From a virus (Duplodnaviria; Caudoviricetes): a DNA stretch of 64,000 nt. The translations under genes and the position numbers were made by a program. Where the stretch lies: IMG/VR virus record IMGVR_UViG_3300032167_000048. One strand, written 5' to 3'. Every line of letters begins with the position of its first letter. Position 1 is the stretch's first letter. Below, one piece after another: positions 1 to 10,200 of this stretch. The notes under the pieces were generated by a model. That model saw only the letters and a list, made by a program, of their open reading frames with translations, ran no database searches and was not told the DNA's origin.

Positions 1-558
1 GCTGCTCAGTATGGTACAAAGAAACAGGTTGCAGATGGAACAACAAAAGTTCTTGACTGTGCTTATGAAACAATTAAAATCGAAGATGGTGCTACAAGTG
101 TAAAACTTAAACATGAACCTATCGTGGAAAGTATTAAATGGATTTACATCATCGAAAACAACGAAGTTGGTGAAGCTTTCGAAGTTGGAGCTGCTGCTTC
201 TGAAAAGATGGCTGTTGTTGCTGATGACGGAACAATTACACTTCCTACAAGTGTAACAAAAGGTAAAGTTTACGTTGAATACGATTTCGAAAACGAAAAC
301 GCTGTTCAGATTGTAAACAAAGCTAGCGAATTCCCAGAAGCTGTTAAAGTTATTATCTATGCATACTTCAGAGATGTATGTAACGAAAATAAAGTATATT
401 CTGGTAAAATCATTTGTCCAAAGGCAAAATTAAATCCAGAATCTGTAGAACTTTCTCTGACTTCTACTGGTAAACATCCATTTGAATTCGTTGTTAACCG
501 TGACTACTGTGCAGAAGAAGGCGAAGACGAATTATTCAGAATTATCGTATCTGAATAA
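1..558 (+). CDS. major tail tube protein (5' end outside window)
   Basis: Frame 1 is open from base 1 to TAA at 556-558. Biased high-expression codons, beta-rich C-terminus (IICPKAKLNPESVELSLTSTGKHPFEF), upstream of chaperone and TMP genes. Confidence 0.65.
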   Translation, partial: AAQYGTKKQVADGTTKVLDCAYETIKIEDGATSVKLKHEPIVESIKWIYIIENNEVGEAFEVGAAASEKMAVVADDGTITLPTSVTKGKVYVEYDFENENAVQIVNKASEFPEAVKVIIYAYFRDVCNENKVYSGKIICPKAKLNPESVELSLTSTGKHPFEFVVNRDYCAEEGEDELFRIIVSE

Positions 559-585
559 TCTAACTTTTAACTAATAAATTTATAT

Positions 586-608
586 GAGTAGGGGTTTATC
601 CCCTACTC
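586..608 (+). terminator. GC-rich hairpin after tail tube gene
   Basis: GAGTAGGGG-tttat-CCCCTACTC 9-bp stem; weak U tail. Confidence 0.55.
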
Positions 609-618
609 TATTATTTAT

Positions 619-1020
619 ATGGAGGTGGTACAGATGGCAGAAAAAAATAATGCAACATGCAGTATATGCGGAAAAGATTACTACATGTGTATGTCATGTA
701 AAGATTCCATTGAGCTTCATCCGTTTAAAAGATTTACTGATACTTCAGAGCATTATAAAGTATTTCAGGTAGTACGTGGATTTTCGACTGGTGTATATTC
801 CAAAGACGAAGCCAAAGAAAAATTTAAAAATATAGATTTAAGCGATTTAGAAAGTTTCAGACCACACATCAAAAATATTATAAAAGATATTTTAAGAGAA
901 GAAAAACCAGTTATTGAAAAGGTTTATTCTCGTAAAAAAAATAAAGTAGATGAAGTTAAAGTGGATGAAAAAATAGATAGCGATTGCGAAAGCGAAAGCG
1001 AAATTGTTGAGTGTGAATAA
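619..1020 (+). CDS. small protein with N-terminal CxxC..CxxC zinc finger
   Basis: CSICG...CMSC motif. GGAGGTGG precedes ATG at 634, the likely start. Confidence 0.6.
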   Translation: MEVVQMAEKNNATCSICGKDYYMCMSCKDSIELHPFKRFTDTSEHYKVFQVVRGFSTGVYSKDEAKEKFKNIDLSDLESFRPHIKNIIKDILREEKPVIEKVYSRKKNKVDEVKVDEKIDSDCESESEIVECE

Positions 1021-1130
1021 TATTGTGTAGATTAATAGAAAGGAAATATTTGTTCACAATCTGTAACAGTATTTCCTTTTTTTTACTGTGTACAATATTT
1101 AGTAAAAATATGGAAATACGTAGAAAATGA

Positions 1131-1376
1131 ATGAAAGAAAAGGTAAAAATTATGAGAGAAATAAGTGATGTAACTGGTATAACTTATGAGCTTGAAGATG
1201 TTGTGTTCTTTAGAAATTTATATCAATCAAGTTTTTATATTGACCATAATGCTACTATTGTAGATGTTTTTACGGATAGTAATGGCAAGCTTGTGTTTGT
1301 TTTTTATCGTGACCAACATGAAAATTTAATAAAGTTATGGCTTGATAATAAAAAGGAAAGCAATAAAGATGAGTAA
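1131..1376 (+). CDS. hypothetical phage protein
   Basis: ORF in operon orientation; no recognised motif. Confidence 0.55.
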   Translation: MKEKVKIMREISDVTGITYELEDVVFFRNLYQSSFYIDHNATIVDVFTDSNGKLVFVFYRDQHENLIKLWLDNKKESNKDE

Positions 1377-1896
1377 AAATGAAGGAAAAATCTTTGAAGA
1401 AGATATAAAAAATAGCGTTCCAGATTATGCAAAATTATTAAGATTGCCAGACCCCCCACACTCTTTTACTCAAAGAAGCGATACAAAGTTTTCTAAGAAG
1501 AATCCGTATGATTTTGAATGCTTTGATTCCAAAAGAAGAACTTTGTATTGTTGGGAGTTAAAATCAACGGCTCAAAAATATATGGGGTTTCAAATGAGCA
1601 AGGATGACGACAGAGAAGTTTTGATTAAATGGCATCAAATAGATGGACTAACAAAGGCTTCTGAATATCCAAACGTAATTGCTGGTTTTCTTTTAAATTA
1701 TAGATTGGATAATGGCGAGCAACTTTTATATTTTTTAGATATTAAAGATTTTAATAAAATGAAAAAATCAATTAGCAAAAAATCATTTAATATAATGGAT
1801 GCCGTTTTATACGGTGCTATTAGAATAAATGGTAACAAAAAAAGAACAAGATGGAATTGGGATTTAGATAATTTTCTAAATCTTAACTTAAATTAA
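1342..1896 (+). CDS. RecU-like Holliday junction resolvase (PD-(D/E)xK nuclease)
   Basis: GKIFEEDI, PYDF, ELKST and IKWHQIDGL match the RecU motif pattern. Confidence 0.7.
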   Translation: MIIKRKAIKMSKNEGKIFEEDIKNSVPDYAKLLRLPDPPHSFTQRSDTKFSKKNPYDFECFDSKRRTLYCWELKSTAQKYMGFQMSKDDDREVLIKWHQIDGLTKASEYPNVIAGFLLNYRLDNGEQLLYFLDIKDFNKMKKSISKKSFNIMDAVLYGAIRINGNKKRTRWNWDLDNFLNLNLN

Positions 1897-1919
1897 CAAA
1901 TTATGAGAGGGTAATAAAG

Positions 1920-2588
1920 GTGATGAATATGTTAAATAAAAATGGTGTTTTTACTTATAAAGATGATTCTTATGATTTTAATTTTAAAACTTCTTTATCA
2001 GCAATGGAAAAATTGTCTTTTGTCAGAAATGTAGTTGACACAATTGTAGATGATAAAAGTTATGATGTTGTAATTAGAGATTTGGTTTTTGATTTTAATA
2101 TTATTGCATTTTTTACAAATATAGATACATCATTTATCGAAATGAAAGACGAAGATGGTAATGATATTAATCATATTCTTCTTATTGAACATTTCTTAAA
2201 TGAGTCTAATGTTGTTGATATTGTAAAGGCAAATATGGAAGACGGAGTAATCGAAGAACTTACAAATGCAATTGATTTAAATGTTCAGTATCTTACTGGA
2301 ATTTGTTTAAATTCAGTTAACAATTCATTGGCAAAATTACTTTCAACATTAGAAAAAAAATTTAATGGTGTTGATTTAGACAGTATGATGCCTATGGTTC
2401 AGAAGTTTGCAAGTATGACTGATGATTTTACAGTAGACAACATTGTTAGCGCTTATATGAATAGCGACATTCACAAAAGTAATATTGTTGAAATTGAAAA
2501 AGCAAAAGCGTCAAAAGAAGAAAAAGTAGAAGTATCAGAATCTAAAAAGTCAACAAAGAAAAAAGAAGATAAAACAAAAAGCGAATAA
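1920..2588 (+). CDS. hypothetical protein, possible tail assembly chaperone
   Basis: Position between tail tube and TMP; acidic helical protein. Confidence 0.4.
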   Translation: MMNMLNKNGVFTYKDDSYDFNFKTSLSAMEKLSFVRNVVDTIVDDKSYDVVIRDLVFDFNIIAFFTNIDTSFIEMKDEDGNDINHILLIEHFLNESNVVDIVKANMEDGVIEELTNAIDLNVQYLTGICLNSVNNSLAKLLSTLEKKFNGVDLDSMMPMVQKFASMTDDFTVDNIVSAYMNSDIHKSNIVEIEKAKASKEEKVEVSESKKSTKKKEDKTKSE

Positions 2589-2598
2589 AAATTCGTAG

Positions 2599-3072
2599 GT
2601 GATATATATGATTATTAAAAACAATGCCCAGCTAACAAAAGCTATAATGTCAAAATGTGTTGACGCTGTGAATAGTGCGGAATTAAAAATTTATGGTGAT
2701 TTTTTTGACATGGTTCACCATTTCTACACAGAGTTTTCTCCAGATGAGTATATAAGAACATATGCATTATACACATCATTGGATTCCACTGGTGCAAAAG
2801 TAAACGGAGATTCTGTGAGTGCAAAAGTATATTTTAATACGCCAAGTTATCAACAAGGCATGATGGAATTACAACATACTCCAGAGCATGGAATGTATGG
2901 TTGGGCTAGTCATAGTGGAGAAGAGGTTCTTGACACTGCGATGACTAGTAAAAAATCACATGGTGGTCATATTAGTGGTACTCCTATTTGGACTACCACT
3001 ATGAAAAAGCTTGGTGGGAAAGCTGGAATAAAAGATTTGTTAAAACAAGAATTAAAAAGTCAAGGTCTTTAA
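2599..3072 (+). CDS. hypothetical virion morphogenesis protein (possibly HK97 gp10-like)
   Basis: Y.RT..L..S motif (EYIRTYALYTS) and position in the tail module. Confidence 0.4.
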   Translation: MIYMIIKNNAQLTKAIMSKCVDAVNSAELKIYGDFFDMVHHFYTEFSPDEYIRTYALYTSLDSTGAKVNGDSVSAKVYFNTPSYQQGMMELQHTPEHGMYGWASHSGEEVLDTAMTSKKSHGGHISGTPIWTTTMKKLGGKAGIKDLLKQELKSQGL

Positions 3073-3096
3073 TCTAATAAGAAAGGAGGATGATTT

Positions 3097-4131
3097 ATGG
3101 CAAAGGGAAGAAAAACGTTTAGAAAAGTTATCACTTCTGACGAGTTAATATCACAAATTAACCCAGAGAACGTTAAGTTAATGGAAAGATTTTTAAAAAA
3201 TTTTGCCACTAAGCGTTCTCCTAAATCTGTTACTGTATATAGAAGTAATTTAAATATATTTTTTGTATGGAATTTATTGGAAAATTCTAATAAGCCATTT
3301 GCAAAAATCAGAAAATTAGAAATGTTAGATTTCTTTGATTATGCGCTAAGTGAGTTGCGTTGGTCTCCAAATAGATTTCACCAATGCCACTCTTCTTTAT
3401 CAAGTTTCTCAGATTGGATTGAGAATTATTATGATGAAGTTGATGGATATGAAAATTTCCGAAACATTGTAAAGAAAATTGAAAAACCATCAAAAGAGGC
3501 GGTTAGAGAAAAAACAGTTTTAAAAGAAGATGATATTGATAAAATATTTATTGTATTAGAAGAAGAGAAACGTATACAGGAGCAATGTTTATTGGCACTG
3601 GCTATTTCTTGTGGTGCTAGAGTTTCTGAATTAGCTCAGTTTACTACGTCCCTTATCGATGAAAACAATACTGTTTTTGAGGGATTATTTTTAGAAACTA
3701 CGGAAAAAATTAGAACAAAAGGTTCTGGAGTTATGGGAAAGATGTTAAAAAAATATATATTAAAAGATATGTTTTTACCATATTACCATAAATGGCTAAA
3801 AGAAAGAGAAAAAATTCTTAAAGATAATAATCAAGAACATGATTTTATTTTTATAACAAAAGATGGAAATCCAGCCAATGCAGATAGACTAAGAGATTGG
3901 ATTGGCACTTGGGGCGACATTGTTGACCAACCATCATATCCACATATGTATCGTCACTATCAAATTAGTCTTTTGAAAAGATTGGAGATTGATGACGATT
4001 TAATTGTATATTTAACTGGTTGGGCTGAGGGAAGCGGTCATACAATGATTTCTATTTATAATGATAATGAATTAAGAGATACGCAATTTGCATGTCTTAA
4101 CAACTTAAAAGATTTCTTAAAAGAAAAATAA
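3097..4131 (+). CDS. tyrosine recombinase/integrase-family protein inside the tail module
   Basis: Catalytic set visible: R (GARVSE), K (RTKG), HxxR (HMYRH), W (TGW), Y (ISIY). SD AAGGAGG upstream. Confidence 0.85.
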   Translation: MAKGRKTFRKVITSDELISQINPENVKLMERFLKNFATKRSPKSVTVYRSNLNIFFVWNLLENSNKPFAKIRKLEMLDFFDYALSELRWSPNRFHQCHSSLSSFSDWIENYYDEVDGYENFRNIVKKIEKPSKEAVREKTVLKEDDIDKIFIVLEEEKRIQEQCLLALAISCGARVSELAQFTTSLIDENNTVFEGLFLETTEKIRTKGSGVMGKMLKKYILKDMFLPYYHKWLKEREKILKDNNQEHDFIFITKDGNPANADRLRDWIGTWGDIVDQPSYPHMYRHYQISLLKRLEIDDDLIVYLTGWAEGSGHTMISIYNDNELRDTQFACLNNLKDFLKEK

Positions 4132-4142
4132 AGTAATATTTT

Positions 4143-4199
4143 AGTAGGCTAGGGTTTAAAATTGGAGTTTTATTGCCAGTTTTATCTAGCCTACTTTTT
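4143..4199 (+). terminator. long hairpin with U tract after the recombinase gene
   Basis: AGTAGGCTAG...CTAGCCTACT arms, inner TAAAATTGG/CCAGTTTTA, followed by a T run. Confidence 0.6.
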
Positions 4200-4265
4200 A
4201 AATTAGAAAATTATTGCACCTTTTAAGGTGCGTTTTATATGCACCTGAAAGGAGTGTGAATATAT

Positions 4266-7200
4266 ATGGCTGATTATACAATCGAGCTGGGTGTCAAGTT
4301 GAATACCAATGAAGTTGACACTAAAATTAAAAGTTATAATAATAAAACAATTAAATTAAAAGCAGATTTTGACCCTAGTGATATCACTACAAAATTGAAT
4401 TCATATAATCCAAAGCCAATTGTTGTTAAATCTACTCTTAACACAGACGGTATAACTGCTAAAATTAAAGCTTATGACCCACGTAAAATGATTCATCTCA
4501 AATCTAAATTGAGCATGGAGAATGTTGAGACAGCTATAAGCAATTATAATAATAGCAAGCCAATTAAGCTTAGTGCAGAATTATATCAAGGAGCGCTTAA
4601 TAAGGCTGTACAAGCTCAGGCTGGAACTGTGTCAGAGATAATTACAGTTAAGGCTAAATTAGATGATAATGCTATTAATAAAGCAATTTCCACTTTTTCA
4701 TCTGGAAATTCTGCAATTCCAATCAGAGTAGACCCAGATTTTAGCAATGTTAATTTTGATAAAGTCGAGGAGCTTTTAAAGGGGTATGAGGCTAGAACGC
4801 CAATAAAAGCCAATGTTCAGATAAATAAAACTGGAATTAACAATGCAATAAGTGAATTTAATACTGAGCTTAAAGGCGATAGAAATAGAGATATTTTGTT
4901 ACAAGTTAAAATAACTGATGCTGCTATTTCTAGTGCATTATCTAAATACAATCAAAGTAATAGTGCTTCTAGCAAAACAGGAATTCCAATTGATTTAACT
5001 ATAAAACCAAATTCGGACTTTGACGCTAGGTTAAAAGCAAAAATAGCAGAATATGAAAAAGTTCCTGTTTCAATTCCAGCACAGTTAATGCCATCATATA
5101 GCAAAGGCAAAGGTTTTACATCTGAACTTCAGAAAGTTCCTATTCCTATTGATGTAACATTACAAAATCCAAAGGCTCTTAATGAGGCTATAAAAGCGCA
5201 AACTGGAAAAGTAGTTCCAGTTAAAGCGGAACTAATACCAACTGCAAATTTTGATGCTAAGATAACCAAGAAAACAATTCCAATTTATGGTGAATTAGAC
5301 CCAAAAAATATCAATGCTACAATAGACGCATTTAAACCAACATCTAAAATAAAAGTTGGTGTTAAATTAGATTCCATAGATGTAAATGATGAGGTAAGAA
5401 AATTACCAAAATCTACTGAGAAGATTGAAGTTGGCGCAAAATTATCTCCAACAAGTATTAATCAGGCTATATCTACCGCAAAGCCAACAAGTTTACTTAG
5501 AGTAAATATTGATATACAAGAGGCTGATGTTAATGCTCAAATAAGCGCAATACAGCCTACTGCCAAAATAAAAGTTTTATTGGATTTTGGCAATGCTAGT
5601 GCAACTGATAAATCTGGTGTGGCTGGTATACAAAATACTCAGTCCCCAGTAATGATGAAGGTAAAATTAGACCGTGAAGATATTAATGGTCAAATTAGGG
5701 ATTTTAAAACAACTTCAAAAATAAAAGTTGGAATTAAAGCTGATTTTGCTAGTCATTCTGGTGGTCAGACTGGTATTCCACAGCAGATTAAAAATTATAA
5801 AACTAATACTAAAATTAGAGTTGGTATTAAGTTACAAACAGACGATATTAATGCTCAGATAGAGGCAATACATCCAACTTCTAAGATTAGAGCATCTATA
5901 GATATAAATAATAGTTTAAATAAAAACGATACTAATGCTGCTAAAGTAAAAGTTCAATTAGACAAAGCTGATATTAATAATCAGATTCAAACATTTACTA
6001 GAGAATCAAAGCAAAAAATGAAATTAAATTTACAGTTTTTTGCGGCAAAGGGAAGTGGCAATAATAGTGTAACGAAACAAATAAAAAGTGCTATTGACCA
6101 ATCAGTAGGTTCAAATAAAAAGATTCCTATTAATATTGAACTTGAGCAAGGTAGCGTACAGAGAGTTCAAAGCCAAATTGATAATATTAGACAACAGATT
6201 ACGCAACTTTCTAATATAAGAATTGATTTTGGTGGTGGAGGCAATAGTGGTGGTGGTCGTGGTGCTGCCGCACAAGCTAATGAAACAGCTGAAGCATTTA
6301 GATATTTAATGTCTATCATAAATGAAATCAACTCAAAAAGAGTGCAGTTAAATAAATTGACTGGTTCTGCTCAAGCATCGAATGAAATAAGAACTCTTAC
6401 AGACCAAATAGATAGACTTGATATCGAATATAACAATTTAATAAATTCTCTTAGCGCTCGTGGAATACAGTTTACTGGAGAGCAGTGGAGTCAGCTTGAA
6501 ACAGCTATGATAAGAGCTGGAAGACAAATAGATATTGTTCAAGCAAAAATGGCCGACAAAACTATTGCTCAAGGTCAAACACAATCATTTAGAGAGCTTT
6601 CGTCAATTCTTAAAGAGATAGACTCTTTAGAGAAAAATATTACAAATTTGAAATTGCAAGGCGGAAACTCAAATCAGATTGCACTGCTTGAGGGAGAATT
6701 AAGAACTTTACAGTCTACATATCAGCATCTTGTAACAACAATGAACACTCCTTTAACCGCTGCTCAGTGGGGTTCATTGTATACACAAATTGCAAAAACA
6801 TCTGAAGATATCGATAGATTAAAAGCAAAATATGCTGACGCAAGGGCTGAGTTTTCAAAAGGCATTAAAGCGAATATTTCTAATGGTAAATTAGGCACTG
6901 AACTTAATGGTGTAATACAGAATTTTAACAGACTTGGCATTGCAAATAGACAAGTGTCTGACGATATTAGACAGTTGCAGGCGCTACTGAAAAATATGGA
7001 CGCTAGTGATGATGTAGAATCTGTTTGTAGCGATTATGAGAGATTTCAACAATTATTACAAACTGTAAAATATGGCATAAAAGATTTGCAAATTCAAATG
7101 AATGAAGCGAATAGACCAGAAATGCTGGCTGCTTCAAAAGAGGCTGCGGTACAAAAATTAAATGGTTTATTCGAAAAAGGTTCTCAGGCTGCAAAAACAT

Positions 7201-10200
7201 ATGGCAACAGAGTAAAAGAACTCAGACGCGAACTCGACAGTGTTGGAAATACCGCTGGTGTTGATTTGGTTAATAAAAAAATTAACAACCTTGCAACAGA
7301 AATCAAAAACTCAGGTCTTCAAACAAAGACGCTTAGTACCGCGTTAAAAGACCAGTTTAGAAAATATTCTTCATACTTCTCTGTATATACCGTATTTATG
7401 TATACAGCTAGAGCCTTAAGAAGCATGTTTGAGCAAGTTAAATCTATTGATGCTGCAATGACAGAGCTCAAAAAAGTTACTGACGAAACTGCTTCATCAT
7501 ATGATAAGTTTTTAACAAATGCTGCTTCAAGAGCAAAAGAAATTGGTACAACAATTGACGGTCTTGTTAAATCAACAGCAGATTTTGCAAGACTTGGATA
7601 TAACTTTGCAGACGCTCAGGGTCTTGCTGAAGTTGCAAATATTTATGCAGTAGTTGGTGATGAAATTGAGGGTGTTGAAGATGCTACTCAGAGCTTAATT
7701 TCTACAATGGCTGCATTTAAAGACCAGTCAAGCGAAATGAGCAATACAGAATTTGCAAATGAAATCATTGATAAATTTAATGAGATTGGTAATAAATTTG
7801 CAATTAGTTCTGGTGGTATTGGTGAAGCGATGAAGAGGTCGTCTTCTTCTCTTGATGCTGCAAACAACACAATTGACGAATCAATTGCGTTAATTACAGC
7901 TGCAAATACTGTAGTACAGAACCCAGATAAAGTTGGTAACGCATTTAAAACAATTTCAATGAGAATTCGTGGTGCAACAACTGAGCTTGAGGAAGCTGGC
8001 GAATCAACAGAGGGAATGGCTGAATCTACTGCTAAAATGCGTAAGGAAATTATGGCTCTCTCTGGCGTAGATATCATGATAAATGACGATACGTTCAAGT
8101 CTACATTTGATATCATGGATGAGCTTTCTAAAAAATGGGAAGATTTAACTGATATTCAGCAAGCTTCAATTATTGAACTTATGGCTGGTAAGCATCAGGG
8201 TAATGTATTTGCATCATTAATGCAAAACTTTGATATAGCAAGAGAAGCTCTTGATGTATCCATAAATTCTTCTGGCTCTGCTATGAAAGAACATGCAAAA
8301 TGGAGCGAATCTATTGAAGCCAGATTATTAAAGATTAAAGCCGCATGGCAAAGCTTATCTCAAAGCTTTTTGCAGTCAGATTTCTTAAAAGGGTTGTTAA
8401 ATACTGTTACATCTTTAGTTGACGGTTTAGACTTTCTTGTTGATAAATTTGGCACAATACCAACTCTTTTTATGGGTGGTGCTGTATTCAAAACATTGTT
8501 TAATAACAGTGGATTTTTTAAAACAATAAACACAGACCTTACTGGTATTATAAATAAGATTGGTGTTGCAAATAGAAGCATTGCAGAATTACAGCAATCT
8601 TTTTCTTCTGGTAAGGCAAATGGCGGAGGATTTTTTGGCGGAATATCTGCTGTTAAAAATTCCATGAGCAAAACCTTAACAGAAAAAGATATATCCAACA
8701 TAAAGGCATATAATGACCAAATAGATAAGTGTGTTGGTTCTCAGACAGCATGGAATCGTACAATGCTAACATCTAGTAGGCATGCACAGAATTTGGTTGC
8801 AAATGCAAAGGGCGGTAAGGTTGCAGTTGACGGTTTAACTGCATCAACAAAATCTTCTAGACTAGCAACTATTGGATTAACTGCTGCTACAACTGCTTTA
8901 AATATTGCTCTTACAATGGGAATTAGCCTTTTAATAACTGGAGTTATTAAAGCGTTAGATAAGGCTATTACAACCAAGAAAGAACTTGCTGAACAAGTTA
9001 CAGAAGTTACAGAAAAGTTTAAAGAACAACACGAACAGCTTAAGAAACTTAAAGGCGATTATGATACTTCTGATGAAAAATCAATGGCTTCTAGATATGA
9101 AAAGTTATCTAAAGGCGTTGATGACCTTGGTAGAAATATATCTTTAACTGCGGACGAATATTCTGAATATCAAGATATTTTAAATAAAATTGCAGAGCAA
9201 ATTCCTAGTCTTGTATCTGGATATGATGAACAAGGAAATGCAATGATTTCTTGCAAAGGAAATGTAGATGATTTAATAGAAGCATATGAAAATCTGATAC
9301 ATCTTCAAAATCAGGAAGTTTTAACTAGTGCTGGTGACATAGGAAAAGATTTTAATAACTCTGCTAAAGAAGCTAAAGGCAATGATTTATGGGGTTCATT
9401 TAGAAAAGGAATGACAAATATGTCTAGCTGGCAGCAGTGGCTTGCCAATGCATTAAATCCTTCATTTGGAGTCTATAAAGCTGTTGATTATATTGCCGAC
9501 TGGACTGTTGGAAATGATATGACCATTGGCACTGCAAGTGCTCTTAGAGAATTATTAAATACTGATAGAGAAGAAGTTGCTGACGTAATATCAAATTATG
9601 ACGAACAGACGTTGCAAGAAATTCAAACGGCATTAAAAGATGCCGATATTGACGTTGGATTTTTAGGGAATAATACAGCGGAAGCATTGGCAGAAGCGAT
9701 TGAAAATGAACCAGCGAAAATAAAAGGAATAATAGATAATTTTTATGGTGATTTACAAGATACCATCGACCCACAAAAATCAGTAGCATTAGCAAAATTA
9801 AGTGAAGCATTTGATGTTAGAAGTTCTCTAAGTGGAGTGAACTACGATAATATTAGCGAAGAAATGAAGGCTATTGCCACACAAACAGTTAATAGTTTAG
9901 ACTTTGATTTCTTTGCGGAGCTTTTAGATAAAGGTCAGACAATTGGGCAATGGACTGATACAATTCTTAATCAACTTAATTCTATTAGCGATGTTGATAA
10001 CGCAAAATTATCTGCGAAATTTAGTTTGGAAACAGAATTTAACAATGGCGAAATTTCATATGGAGAATATGTTAATGGAATTAAAGATGCAGAAAATTTA
10101 ATTTCTGGTCTTGATTTAGATGAAGAAGTTGTAAGTCAAATTAAGTTCAGTTTAAACACAGAAGAAGTCATAGGAAACTATGACGATATTGTAAAACGAC

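Noticed and set aside
1920-3072. Programmed -1 frameshift between tail chaperone ORFs
   Set aside because: The ORFs do not overlap, the second has its own SD, and I found no convincing slippery site at the junction.
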